Below, piece by piece: positions 17,223 through 31,743 of a DNA stretch of 64,000 nt. The notes beneath the pieces are model-generated. The model was not told where the DNA came from, searched no databases, and saw only the letters and a list, made by a program, of their open reading frames with translations. The stretch is from the human T2T-CHM13v2.0 reference genome, Homo sapiens, in assembly GCF_009914755.1 (NCBI RefSeq), contig NC_060933.1; one strand, given 5' to 3'. The position numbers and the translations under genes are program-made. Within the stretch, counting starts at the first letter, position 1. Each line of letters begins with the position of its first letter.

Positions 17223-18804
17223 TTGGGGAATGGAAAGAAAAGCAACAGTGGAGATTCCAAAAATAAGAAGACAGAATTATAAAACTGCCAAACCCTAGGA
17301 CAACTGATTTCCTAACCTAAGTGAATTTGCAAGCTCTTCCCCTAAATGTATAAGTAATAAGCACAATTACAGAGGGGCAGCTATAGCACAGTGTTTTGCT
17401 TGAGTTTAAATTCCATCTTTTTTGTTTTCTAGCTGGGTGACCTTGGAACAAGACCTTAACCTCTCTAAGCCTCCATTTCCTCATCTGTAAAATGCTAATA
17501 ATTTTAGTACCTAAATATTGGATTATTTGGAGGATAAATGAGAAACAGAACTTAATGAAAAATATCCAATGCTAGCGTGTCAAGAGCATCATCAGAGGTC
17601 ATTTGTTCCAGCCCCTGGCATTCATCCTAGCATTATTCAATTCTTGTACATGTCTGAATCTGTAAATCTTCCCTTGAAACCTGCCTGATGCTTTAACTGT
17701 CAAAAATTTCCCCTTAAATTACCTGTCTTCTACCTACAAGAAGACAGTAGACCAGGGTAGAATTGAATGCGTAAGTCCAAAACTGTTGAGTCAGACTACC
17801 TGATTTCAAATCTTAATCAAGTCACTTCACCTCTCCAACCTTAGTTTGTTCATTTGTAAAATGGGGATACTAACTCCTCATCCAACTCCTCTAGGAATAA
17901 AACAAAAGATGTTGTGCTAGCACATTTTCACCTATGATCTCTCACAGTTCTCCACCATCCTACAAAGTAGGGATTGTTGCCCCCTTTTACAAATGAGAGA
18001 ACTGAGGCACAGAGTGATAAAGTATAACTTGCAAGAGGACACCTGTCTTCAAGTGAAAGCAGTTAAATTTCTGAGGCAGGTCATACTCTCTGTGGGAAAG
18101 GGACCCCTGGACACTGCCCAGTAGCCTAGTACTGGCCAGTGTCTTGGCCAGAATCAGGAATCAGTCGGCATTGAAGGGTAACATTTACTTCTTCCTCCTG
18201 GGACAAGGCAGGTTGTGGCCAGTAACAGGAGGCTGAAAAAAAAAGGTCATATGTGATCTCCTGCTGCCCTCTAGTGCCTACTTAAGATGATTGCTCTGGG
18301 GAAATCTCTGTTCTGATCCTTTCTTGGCAAAGAAGGATCATTGTGTGCAAAGCAACTTCCACTGAGGGAAGCCAGGGAAACAGTAAAAGCTAGCTATGAT
18401 ACAAGGAAGCTTAGTGCGATGAGTAAAAGAATTCTGAAAGAGCATTTGCCGAGAAGGCCTATTCAGTGCCAGGTTTACAGCTAGGCACAAGGGGGGAAAA
18501 TATGAATAACAATTTGTTTCAATCCTTGTGGTACTCAAGTGTAGAGACCTGATGGGACGTATTGGCTGGGAAGGAAAAAACAGAGATGGAGAAGGAGACG
18601 CTTAAGATATGGCAGAGAGAAAAGATAATTGATGGAGCAGGATCTTAAAGAAGACAGTAAGAGAAAAAATTCCAAGGTGGTAATGGAATGGATGCGGTCT
18701 GAACTTCATATACATCTGGATGTGAAATTCAGTTGGTCAAAACTAGGCATGCAACCAGGCCCTCTTTGTATAGTTACACAAGTTGAGCTCTGTAAAAAGG
18801 TGAC

Positions 18805-19054
18805 TCACTCATAGGTGGGAATTGAACAATGAGAACACTTGGACACAGGAAGGGGAACATCACACACCGGGGCCTGTTGTGGGGTGCGGGGAGGGGAGAG
18901 GGATAAAATTAGGAGATATACCTAATGTAAATGATGAGTTAATGGGTGCAGCACACCAACATGGCACATGTATACATATGTAACAAACCTGCACATTGTG
19001 TACATGTACCCTAGAACTTAAATTAAAAAAAAAAAGAAAAAAAAATATATATAT
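18805..19054 (+). mobile_element. Short 5'-truncated L1PA (PA4/5-like) 3' end
   Basis: L1 3'UTR (ctcataggtgggaattgaacaatgag...), A/(TA)n tail, TSD AAAAGGTGAC at 18795-18804 and 19055-19064. Confidence 0.9.
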
Positions 19055-19231
19055 AAAAGGTGACAAGGCAAAAGGGTGGATGGGGACTAAATCCACCCTC
19101 AGCTTCACGTGCCATGCCTGTGCTCCTGCAATTGAGTACAAGTAGAGGAGCTCCTCTTCCTAATTCATATAAGAGGTAACTTACAGGCTAGCCACAGCCC
19201 TGCATGTGACCATAGACAAGCTTCTTCCTCA

Positions 19232-19605
<374 letters not shown>

Positions 19606-21258
19606 TAATGTAGGGTCATGCCAGACACTTAATAGCCACCCAAAACATGCCAGTTCTTGTTATTATTACTATTATTAGTATTATTCTAACAACATAGTCT
19701 TATTTTTAATGCAGTTTTGCTTTTAAGATGGTGATAGGAAAAGTGCTTGGTAAAGGGAGAAGACAGAAAAGAAAATCATATTTCCCAATCTTCTATTCTT
19801 TGCCAAACACAAGACATTGTGGATCTCATGGAATCCTCACAACAGTGCCTTGGACAAGTAATGTCGTAATTTTTTACAACTGTAATATACAGCTGAAAAA
19901 ACAGAGTTTCCGAGAAGTGACAGACTGCAGTCGAAGGTCATTAGGCATTCAAAGACTGACTCCAAAGCCCCTTTTCTGTCCAAAGGAGCTGAGATGGATC
20001 ATTAATAGGAGAACGCCTTCTCTTTCTTGGGATCAAGTTCTTTTACTTTCTTGAAAACTGTGTTTAAAACTTACTCCTCAAGAACGGATTCCAAGATTAG
20101 TTCCTTCCCAATTCCTTCCTCCTCCTTCCAATCACTTCTCAGGCTAGGGGTCAAAGAGGAAATGCTCAGAAAAGATTATTCTTGGACAAGGCTTACGGAA
20201 TTGGAGGCCTCTGAGATGCTAATGACCTGCTTTAGATAAAGACTCCCAGATTGTCCCACTTGAACATATTTGAAGCAGGAGAGCAGACCAACAAGGTATA
20301 CCAGCCCACCTTGGGGCCAGTAGGAGGCCACTTTGGGGCCAGGGGGAGGTTGCCAGTTTCAAACATCCAGGAGGGTATGAACATCAGCTGGAGTCATCTA
20401 GGAACCATTAGTCAGTTAAGGGAACCATTAGAAAACACTCTCTTACTGTTTTCCTGGGGGTTCACAGTCTTGCTTTCACATTTCTAACTATTTTTAACAA
20501 AATGTTAAAAATACTCATGTTAAAAGACAACCTTTAAACATGTTACCAGGCATTACTTTTGGAAAACATGTTCAAGATTGAGTTACTTCTCCGTTAGCTC
20601 CCCTCTGCGGTGTAACTCTGCTGCTAGGGGCAGGGAGAAGGATCAATGAGCCCACTCAACAAAATATAAAAGGGCTGAAACTCATAGAGATTTCCTGTCT
20701 TATATTGAGGCAATCAGTAAAATTAATATTAACTGTAGCTGCAGTTTTACAGGCACATATTCCAGGACAGATGTTCTGCTACTTGATTTGCATACATTAT
20801 GCCCTTTGGTCTCTATAAATCCTAACAATGAGAGGTAGGTTTCACTATTGCTTTTTAAAGATGAGTAAATGGAAGCTCATGGAGGGAAAATCAGGGATCC
20901 AAGAACATCTGGATTGCCATTGTGACCTTCCTTATTTCTAAGCACTCTTCCACAATATTAGGCTGCCTCCCACTCTGCTACATTGCTAGAGATTCAAGTT
21001 CAGGCAGTTATAAATTCTGGAAATTGAATATTCAATTTCTGTTGCTTCTGCCCATTACATCACAGTAATCAGCAATAAATCTCTTACCATAGCGGTCTAT
21101 GGACAATCAATAGGTAATTGGTTGAAAAACTATGAAGCATCCAAACAGTGGGGTACTATATACCTAAAAATGAATTAGAATAATATTGTATGTGATTGGA
21201 GTAATCACAAATATATTTTACTAAATGGAAAAAAGGAAAGTGCAGAACAGTGTTTAAG

Positions 21259-21397
21259 GTTTTTTGTTTTTTTTTAATATAGGCACAGGGCCTCACTATG
21301 TTGCCTAGGTTGGTCTTGAACTTGTAAGCTCAAGCAATCCACCCTCCTTGGCCTCCCAAAGTGTTGGGATTACAGTGTGAGCCACCATGTCCAGCCC
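21259..21397 (-). mobile_element. FLAM / Alu left monomer
   Basis: Single monomer with T tail; degenerate TSD CAGAACAGTGTTTA / CAGAGCACTGTTTA. Confidence 0.75.
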
Positions 21398-21869
21398 AGA
21401 GCACTGTTTAGAGTGCTCTCTTTTGTATAGAAATATATATAATATATATATATGTATATGTATATATGTATATAAATTTTTTATTAGGAAACACTGACAG
21501 GTTACCCAAACCTAACACAATAGTTATCTACAGGGGAAACAAGAAAACAAGGTCCAGGGATAAGAATAGAAGCCAGAGTTCTGCAGTATATCTTCATTTA
21601 TAAGTTTTAGCTTTGCACCACACAAAAGTTTTACATACTTTTTTTTAAAGCACAAAAGAAAAAAAAAAACAATCTCTACAAATTATATACCCACTGAAAA
21701 AATATCTCTAACTCTACATCAGTGTTGACATAATTGTTTAGAGAAAATAACAATTTAGAGTGGCTTTTAAATGCAGTATTTTGATTTTACAGTTTAGTGA
21801 GGAATATTCCAAACACAAAATGATCTGCGAATCTAGACTTAATGGTCTTATCACCAGCTGTAATATTGG

Positions 21870-22275
21870 TGATATAGCTTGGATGTTTGTCCCCTCCAAA
21901 TTTCATGTTGAAATGTAATCCCCAGTGTTGGAGGTGAGACGGGGTAGGAGGTGTTTGGGTCATGGGCATGGATCCCTCATCAATGGCTTGGTGCTCTCCC
22001 TGTGATAATGAGTTACTTCAAGAGCTGATTGTTAAAAAGTCTGGGACCTCCCTCCCTCTCTCTTTCTTGCTCCCTCTCTCTTGCCATGTGATACACCTAC
22101 TCTTCTACCACGTTCCACCATGACTAAGAGCTTCCTGAAGCCTTACCAGAAGCTAAGCAGATGCTGGTGCCATGTTTGTACAGCCTACAGAACTGTGAGC
22201 CAAATAAACCTTTTTTCCTTATAAATTACTCAGTCTCAGGTATTGCTTTATAGTGACACAAAATGGACTGACACA
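21870..22275 (+). mobile_element. MST-family MaLR solo LTR
   Basis: TGATATAGCTTGGATGTTTGTCCCC ... GACTGACACA; perfect 5-bp TSD ATTGG (21865-21869, 22276-22280). Confidence 0.88.
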
Positions 22276-23903
22276 ATTGGTATTGCTATTTTGAAATGAT
22301 TACCTGTCTGTTGTGGGCTATAGCAAGTAAGCCATTACGTTACTGTGATTGGGAACTAAGCTTTTTCAGCATTACGGACAACTAATTCAGGTATTAAGAA
22401 GGTTTATGAAAAATTATGTAAACTGAAATTTCAGTTGGAAATCATAAAAACTTACGACTTGTTTTTCTCTTTGAAAAAATAAAAACATTTCATAGCTCTG
22501 CCTACTGAAAAGGCCTAGAAATAATGATAATGTACTAGGCAATAAATACCCCTACTGCCCAGACTCTGGTTTCTAAATGCTATTTTTCATTAAAAGGAAC
22601 AAAGGATACTTGGAAAAATTCCTGAATCCAAGTCTGGAACAAGTATGGTACAAGCTGAGCCTGGGATGTTTTGTTGTAACAAAAAACAAGGTCAGGACTA
22701 ATGAAGTCATTTCAAAAGGACATACAAACCAACTTAAAGGGAATCACATTGGCCTAACATTAAACAATTTGAACAAGGAAAACAATAATAATTGCAATTG
22801 ATTTAAATTTATCAAACAAATACACTTCCATTAATTCATAATGTTCTGAAAACTGAAACCAAAGCCAAACCAAAACCAAGAAACAAATAAAAACCAAATT
22901 AACAAAGCTCATCAGTTACTACTGGAGACTGCTAGGAGACAAACATATTATTCTAAAAATTGATAAAAGAATGAAGTATCAGCCATGCTTTGAACTGGAT
23001 TTCAGGGTAACCATATTTTTTATGGAAATACTGCAGGTAATAAGAGCAGTAATAATGACAGAATCACAAAATTACCATTTCATAATTTCTAATAAAAGAA
23101 TAGATCTAGACAACTATCATCAATGAATCCTAAAACTGCTAGGAGAAAGGCTAATGAGAAAATTTCTAATGAATGGATTGGACTGATAGGTACTGAACTT
23201 ACTGATCAAACCTAATGTGACTACAAGTAGTACAACAGGCATTAAGTGCCACTGATATGATTCTCTAAGATGTACATGGCACTGCCTGAGTAATTCAGGT
23301 GGTACTCCTTGGATGATAGAATTTGGGGGTCTGCAGACTTGTATAGGGAAAAGAACATACCTTTATTTTTAGTATCTTATCATTGCAATGTACTATTTCC
23401 TTAAATTATGAATGCCATTAACAAAACATAGTAGTATGAACATTTCCTATGACTTTGACATAATGAAACTCACATATACTTCTATCACATTACCATTATT
23501 ACAAATCTAAAAATACTTGTGGTTGACCAAACTTAGAATTATGATAGACTGTCCGCTAGATCTTGTCATTAATAAAGATGCACATATATTACTGTATCAT
23601 ACTTTTAAAATATTTTGATAGTTATATATTGACATAATTTCTTTCTTTTATAGTCTTTTGTATTTTATTTTATGCATTTTAAAATGTTTTTCTGAGAAAA
23701 GGGGTTATAGTCTTCAACATTCTACAAAAGGAGCCTGTAAGACAAAAACAGGTGGTGAATCCCTAAAAAAGAGAAACAAATTAAACAACACCATGAGGAA
23801 ACACTTAGCTAAATCTGTAATTTGAACAGTTCTAAAGGACAAATGAGCCAACATCTTCAACAAATAACAGCATGGGCAAAATTAAAGTGTGGAACTATTA
23901 TAG

Positions 23904-24272
<369 letters not shown>

Positions 24273-25062
24273 TGATCCGTATTTAAATATACAGACTATG
24301 AAAGATATTTTTGAAGCAGTTAAGGTAATTTGAATATGAAATGCTAGATGTGATAATGATGTTGAGCTTATGTTAAAAAAAACTATCTGTTTGCAATATA
24401 CACTGGGATATTTACAGAAGGAATAATATAATGCTGTATCTGGGATTTGCTTTGAAAGACTCTAGCAACAAAAAAACAAATTGCAGATAAGCAACAGCTG
24501 AAGCAAAGTTGGCAAAATATTGACAACAATTATTGCTAGGTGATGAATACATAGAGATTTATTATACCATTTTCTCTCCTTGTGTGTACTTAAAATCTTC
24601 CTTAATAAAACATTGAGAAAAGACGGCTGCCAGATTACACAAAATTGAAAAGGAAAATTATTGCTGGGAAATAGAATGAGGGGAGATTTTTCATATTCTA
24701 CATTATGTACTGTTTTGATTCTTTCTTGTAAATGTGTGCTCACTTGTATTGTTTTTTAAAGACTATTTTTAGAACACCTTTAGGTTCACAGAAAAACTGA
24801 AATGAAGGCACAGAAAATTTCTCTATTTTCATGCCCCCCCACCCACCCACCTGCCACATAGCTTCCCCTGTCATCAACATCCCCAACAGAGTGGTACATT
24901 TGTTACAACTGATGAACGTACACTGACATATCATAAACACTTGAAGTCCAAAATTTATCATAGTAATCAGTGCTGGTGTTGAACATTCTATGGGTTTGTA
25001 CAAATGTATAATGACATGTATCTACCACTGTAGTACCATGCAGAGTATTTTCACTGCCCTAA

Positions 25063-25522
<460 letters not shown>

Positions 25523-25893
25523 TAATATGCATTTAAGCTTCCTCCATGTATTTTCATGGTTTAGAAGCTCATTTCTTTTTATTGCTCAATATAGTACATT
25601 GTCTGGATGTACCACAAGCTATTTATCCATTCACCTATGAAGGACATATTGATTGCTCTCAAGTTTGGACAATTATGAATAAAGCTGATATAAATATCCA
25701 TGTGCAGGTTTTTGTGTGGATATATGTTTTCAACTCCTTTGGACAAATACCAAGGAGCACAATTGCAAAGATCACATGGTAAGACTATGATTTAAGGGAC
25801 ATGAGAGGAATGCAGTATTTTGCTAGGACAGATGTAAGGATGGCTGGGCTTAGTGGGCTAGAAATGACTTAGTGTGTCGGTCAGTGAAGACAG

Positions 25894-26394
25894 GGAGGTA
25901 GGAGGTGAGACTCAACCCCAGAGGCAGAGACTCAGGCACCAGACCAGATTGAGGACTACCTAAAACAGGGCTAGGGCAGAAGCAGCTTTCCATAATATGT
26001 ACCCAACAAAGTGTCATTGAGGTAGGAGGTGAGACTCAGCTCTGGAGGTGGGGATTCAGACACTGGACCAGATTGAGGACTAGCTAAAACAGGGTCAGGC
26101 GGAAGCTATTTTCCATAAGACATGCCCACCAGTGTGCCATGTCAGTTCACCATTGCCATGGCAACACCTAAAGGTTACTATCTTTTTCCACAGCAACTAT
26201 CCCATGAACCAGAAGTTACCACCCTTATCCTAGGAATTTCTGCATAAATCACCCCTTAATTTGCATGTAATTAAAAGTGGGTATAAATACGTCTGCAGAG
26301 CTGCTACTTTGGACACACTGCCTATGGAGTAGCCCTGCTCTACAGAGCGCAGGACCTATGCTGCTGCTCTACACTTCAATAAAAGTTGCTATCT
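25894..26394 (+). mobile_element. MER66-like ERV1 LTR (U3-R only) with a duplicated 5' ~124 bp
   Basis: GAGGTAGGAGGTGAGACTC...CCAGATTGAGGACTA occurs twice (25895, 26019); TATAAA at 26282; AATAAA at 26378; A-rich tail follows. Confidence 0.6.
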
Positions 26395-26829
26395 AAAAAA
26401 CAAACAAACAAACAAACAAAACAGTACATTTAGGTTTGTAAGAAACTGCCAAACCACCTTCCAAAGTGGCTGCGCATTTTGCATTCCTACCAGCAATGAA
26501 CAAGAATTCCTGTGGCTCTGAATCATTGTCAGCACTTGATTTGCAGCATCTTTTCATATGCTTATTTGCCATATGTCTATCTTCCTTGGTGACATGTATA
26601 TTAAAGTCTTCAGCCCATTTTTTTATTTGGGCTATTTTCTTATTGTTGAGTTTTAAGAGCTCTTTATATATTTTGGATAACAGTCCTTTATTGGATGTGT
26701 CTTTTGCAAATACTTTCTCCCAGTCTTTGGCTTGTATTCTCATTATCTTGACATTGTCTTTCATAGAGCAGAAGTTTTTCATTTTAATGAAATCCAGCTT
26801 ATCAATGATTCCTTATGTATTGTATTTTT

Positions 26830-27469
26830 TTTTTTTTGAGACAGAGTCTTGCTCTGTCACCCAGTCTGGAATGCAGTGGTGTGATCTTGGCTCACTGCAA
26901 CCTCAACCTCTTGGGTTCAAGCAATTCTCTGCCTCAGCCTCCCACGTAGCTGGGATTACAGGCACGTGCCACCACGCCCAGCTAATTTTTGTATTTTTAG
27001 TAGAAATGGGGTTTCACCATGTTGGCCAGGCTGCTCTCAAACTCCTGACCTCAGGTGATCCACCCGCCTTGGCCTCCCAAAGTGTTGGGATTACAGGCAT
27101 GAGCCACCATGCCCAGCCTGCACTACTTCTCATAAAGCCACCCATCAATCAAAAACATCTATTTGGGATGCTGAACAAATAAACAAAAAAACCTTGATTG
27201 TATTAAGCCACTGAGATTTAAGGGTTTATTGTTTATAACAGCTAGTATTGTCAAACTATGTAAGTACTTAGAACATGGTAAGGAATCAATAAACGCTAGT
27301 AATCACCATGATGATGATATGATGATGATCATGATGACAATCCCCCCGGACAAAGTGTCCACAAGGGCAGGAGGTAGAAGGGCTGGTCAAGTATGACTGA
27401 GTGGCTGGGCCAGGGGATCACAGCCTCCCCAAGTGCTGGGATTACAGGCATAAGCCACCGCACCTGGCC
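26830..27469 (-). mobile_element. AluS containing a templated insertion
   Basis: 17-bp TSD TTATGTATTGTATTTTT (26813-26829, 27470-27486) brackets Alu + 300 bp non-Alu + a second Alu 5' end. Confidence 0.9.
27005..27421 (+). repeat. Direct copy of ~8115-8541 (about 95-96% identity by manual alignment)
   Basis: 27119-27417 aligns to 8231-8535 with ~12 substitutions plus a (CAAA)n length change; the adjacent Alu arm shares private variants (CTGCTCTCAAAC, AGTGTTG). Confidence 0.95.
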
Positions 27470-28539
27470 TTATGTATTGTATTTTTAAAAAGCAATAACA
27501 TTTTCCTATTCTTCAAAATAAAACAGAAGAATAGATAAGCAGTGACATGAAAATAATATGTTGGGTAGAGGTGAGGGGTTGGGTAAAGGAGACTGTCTCT
27601 TTGTCTGTGGCCAGGCAGTCTTACAGATGTCAGTTGATGGAGTGGTTAATGGCAGCCACCATAAAGAGGAAAGCTGGCTGAAATACTGGAGCAAAGAGGA
27701 GCAGGAGATCTGGGACTGGGGCTGAGATGCAGGGCTTGGCAGAAATTAGGCCTATGAGAAATTTTCCCAGCAGCCTTCATTTAGCATTAAGTTGAGCTGA
27801 GGTTGTTAGCACTGCATAGGGAATCTTCTCTTGGCAATAACATTATTATTATTATTTCTGACCTTTGACTATCCATACTAGTTCAAACCATTACAAATTG
27901 GATCTGGTCAATGAACATAAATGTATATGATATTAAAATAAAGCTTCAAAATTCTGAACCAGTTGTTTCCATATCAACTCAAGGAAATAAACTAGAAAGG
28001 AAAAAAAATGTATCTGCACAAGGACATTTTTGCAATCTTATTTGAGCTAGTTCAATGTTCAAAGTTGGGTCTGTCAACTCTTAGGTAGGCAGTTTGACAA
28101 TTATAAAGGCCAGTAAAAAATTATTTCAAACATTTTTCATATTAAGTAAATAAAATCCCAAAATTTATATTAGAAAAGAAAGTTTTTGAATACCTAGAAT
28201 TATTATAGATACGTATTAACAGAGTAAGAGGAACTTAGTAAATGTTTACAATTAGATAAATATAACCATCATAATGATTATATTAAGGTGGTTGATAAAA
28301 CTGACTCTTTTAAAATGCTCTTTTATAATTTAAATTTAAATTGAATTCAAACATCTATTGAGCACTTACCAAGTATCAGGTATAGGCTAGACTGAAAAAT
28401 TTGGGGGCTGGGTACATCATATGGAGATTAGAGTCAGAATTTCAGCAAAAAGTAGAACTAAGTAGGCCAACAGATAATAAGAAAAGGAGGGAGGAAAGAA
28501 AAAGGGATGAAGAGAGAGCAAGTTGGGGTGGGGGGAACA

Positions 28540-29065
28540 ACTCTAAAATGGCCTTCAACAATCCCCCCTCCTCATATTTACTACCTCCTCCACTTGAGTT
28601 ACTTGCTCCCAAGCAACAGAATATGACAATATTGAGAGGATGCCACTTCTGTGATTAGGTTACAAAAGAGGTAACTTCCATTGTATTAGACTCCCTCTTG
28701 CTGGCTTTAAAAAAACCAAATGAGTCATGAAGAGGCTCATGTGGCAAAGGATGGAGGGCAGTCTCCAGCCAAAAGCCAGCAAGGAACTGAGGACTTTGGT
28801 CCAACCACCCTTAAGGAACTGAATCTCATCAAAATATATATGTCATCTTGAAAATGGCTACTTCCCCATTTCAGCCTTCAGATGAGACCACAGCTTCTGC
28901 CATTAACTTGATTGCAGTTTTGTAAGACACTGTGAAGCAGAGAAACGAGATAACCTGTGCTTGGATTCCTGACTCACAAAAACTGTGAGAGGGGAAAAAA
29001 AGTGTGTTGTTTCGAGTGGCAAAGTTTTGGAGGTAATTTGCTATATAATGACAGATAAGTAACAT
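28540..29065 (+). mobile_element. MLT1-family MaLR LTR (E/F-like)
   Basis: ctctaaaatggcc start motif; gccagcaaggaactgagg; agttttggaggtaatttgcta...gataagtaaca end motif. Confidence 0.65.
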
Positions 29066-29105
29066 AAATACATAAAATTTTATATTATTTCATAAAAATT
29101 CTAGT

Positions 29106-29410
<305 letters not shown>

Positions 29411-29978
29411 CTAGACTCAGACATATTTGTTAGGTTGTATAAGAGTTTTAAACCCTTACATTTTCTCTCCTATATTCTCTTCCTCCTCAGAATTCAGTTG
29501 CCAATGAGAGAAGAAAATGAGACTATTGTGTTGAGAATAGTAATAACAATAATAACAGTAATAATAACTACATTAACAGCTAACATCCACAGAGCACATA
29601 TTCTTTACCAGGTGGTGCCTTTTGGATTTATTAAGTCATCAAACACTCACATTTCTGTGTGGTAGATGACTACTATTATCCCCCATTTTGCAGAGGAGGG
29701 AAGGGAAGTACAGAAGGCTAAGTTAGTTGTCCAAAGTTATAGAACTTGTCAGTTGCAAAAAGATACCAAGAATTGTTTCAAAATATCTTTTCATCTCTTC
29801 CTTAAAATACCCTTCCAACTGGGTGGTGTTGGGGTTCTGTCTGATTACAAAGCCCTCACTTTTTCTAGATAATGGTGTCCTTAATAAGCAAACTTAGTTT
29901 ATATTATTAATAATAACAAATGCAATATAATGAACATTACTCCATATTAGGCAAAGTGCTAAATGTTTTACAACCAAT

Positions 29979-30327
29979 TGAGACAAGAAAACAGGGTCTG
30001 AAGGCAGGGAACATAAGGCTGATTCCCACTTAAGCTATGACAGGAAATATCCTCTCCATAGGTAGGGCATAGGCCAAGTAAATAACTTCATAACTTTACT
30101 TCATCCTCTTCATTTACATAGAGCATACACCCAAGTAACCAATGGAATCATCTAGAGGGTATTTAAACTCCCCAAAATTCTGGCCCCTATGCTTGGGGCT
30201 GCTCCCACACTGTGGAGTGTTCTTTCATTTTCAATAATTCCATTCATTCCTTCCTTGCTTTGTTTGTGGGTTTTGTCCAATTCTTTGTTCAAGTCACCAA
30301 GAACCTGGACACAATTCACCGGTTACA
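29979..30327 (+). mobile_element. ERV1 solo LTR (MER61-like)
   Basis: TGAGACAAGAAAACAGGGTCTG ... CCGGTTACA; CCAAT and TATTTAAA boxes. Confidence 0.6.
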
Positions 30328-30448
30328 TATCTCATCTTGCTCCCAACAATCCTGTGTTAACTATTGTTATCCCTATTTTAAAGACAATGAAAGAAAACTA
30401 GAGATCTTCTTTATAAATGAAGAAAACAATATTAAGCTCAAAGGGTGG

Positions 30449-30879
30449 TGTTATCAGTGGAATTGTGTCCTCCCCCAAAATATGTTGAAAGCCTAATCTC
30501 CAGTACATTGGAATGTGACCTTATTTGCAAATGGGGTGATTTTAGTTGTAACTGGTTAAGACAATGTAATACTGGAGTGGGGCAGGTCCTTAATCCAATA
30601 TGACAGATGGCTTTACAAGAATGCATAGACATATACACAGAGGAAATGCCATGAGGAGGTAGAGATTGAAGTTATGCTCACACAAGGCAAAAAAATGCCT
30701 GGGGCCACCAGAAGTTGGAAGAGGCAAGGAATAATCTCTCTCTAGAAGTTTTGGAGAGAATATGGCCCTGGTGACACCTTAATTTGAGTTTTCTATGCTC
30801 CAAAACTGTGAGAGAATAAATTTTTCATTTTAAGCCACCTAGCTTGTGGTACTTTGTTACTGCAACCTTAGCAAACTGA
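30449..30879 (+). mobile_element. MLT1 (B/C-like) LTR; its last 4 nt are displaced to 42520-42523 by the provirus
   Basis: TGTTATCAGTGGAATTGTGTCC start; ...ggtactttgttactgcaaccttagcaaactga|TATA; TSD GGTGG/GGTGA. Confidence 0.75.
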
Positions 30880-31260
30880 TGAAGCCACCTTTGCAAAACT
30901 ATGACTGAGATAGTGAAAGAGATCTAACTTAACTGACTCCATCTTGCTTCTAACCTCCATGCTGTCCTTGTTCATTCCTGGGCATAGGCTGAACTAACTT
31001 TGGGAGAAACTTAGTTTGTAGTTTATAGTTTAAAGAAAAATGGTAACAGCTCTTTCCAAAGCAGACCTCCTTCTTGCCTGGGGACTAGATTGCCTTTGTA
31101 GGACTAACATTAGCCACAGATTAGAAATTATGGTTTAGGAGTCATGCAGCTGGAGGTTACAAGATGCTGACCCTCCCTAAACTGCTCCTGAGATCAGTGC
31201 TTGAGATATTTTGCAGACCCTGCACTTGATGGATCAGCTGGCACTACCCAAATCAATACT

Positions 31261-31743
31261 TGCCAGGTTCTGACCCACAGACCCCAGCTGCATGACAGAT
31301 GAATAACGTACTCAGACACTGATATTCAGTGAAAGAGAGGCTACAGGGCCAGGCCACACACAGAGTTGTGGCAATCACACACTTTGATTAGCTGGCCCTG
31401 CCGGCATTTATTCAGCACAGATTTAATGACAAAGGCTTTGAGTCAACACACCTGTGGGCAATTAATCTGGTCGCCCTCCCCCGGAGAGAGCCATCCTGCC
31501 CACAAATGATCAAAGGTTGGTTTTAGGACAATGGGAGTAAACAAGCTATTTAGATAAACTTCCCCACATTCCCTTGTTATTTGCTTTTTTGCTATCAACT
31601 AAAGGTAAAGAGGACTAGGCTGCCTTCAGCCAAATCTTTTACTGAAGCTATGCAACCCCCCTGGCCTTCCAAGAAGGTTTGTGTCTATCTCCTATAACTA
31701 TATCTTTATAATTTTCTCCAACCACCCTGACCAATCCCCTACA
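31261..31743 (-). mobile_element. LTR22 (HERV-K HML-5) solo LTR inserted in the 5' LTR8
   Basis: 483 bp absent from the 3' LTR; minus strand reads TGTAGGGGATTGGTCAGGGTGG...CCTGGCA; TAAACT target site (left copy eroded). Confidence 0.75.

Noticed and set aside
26466-27182. 238-aa ORF
   Set aside because: Chance read-through of antisense L1M, Alu and the duplicated segment, with a non-ATG start.
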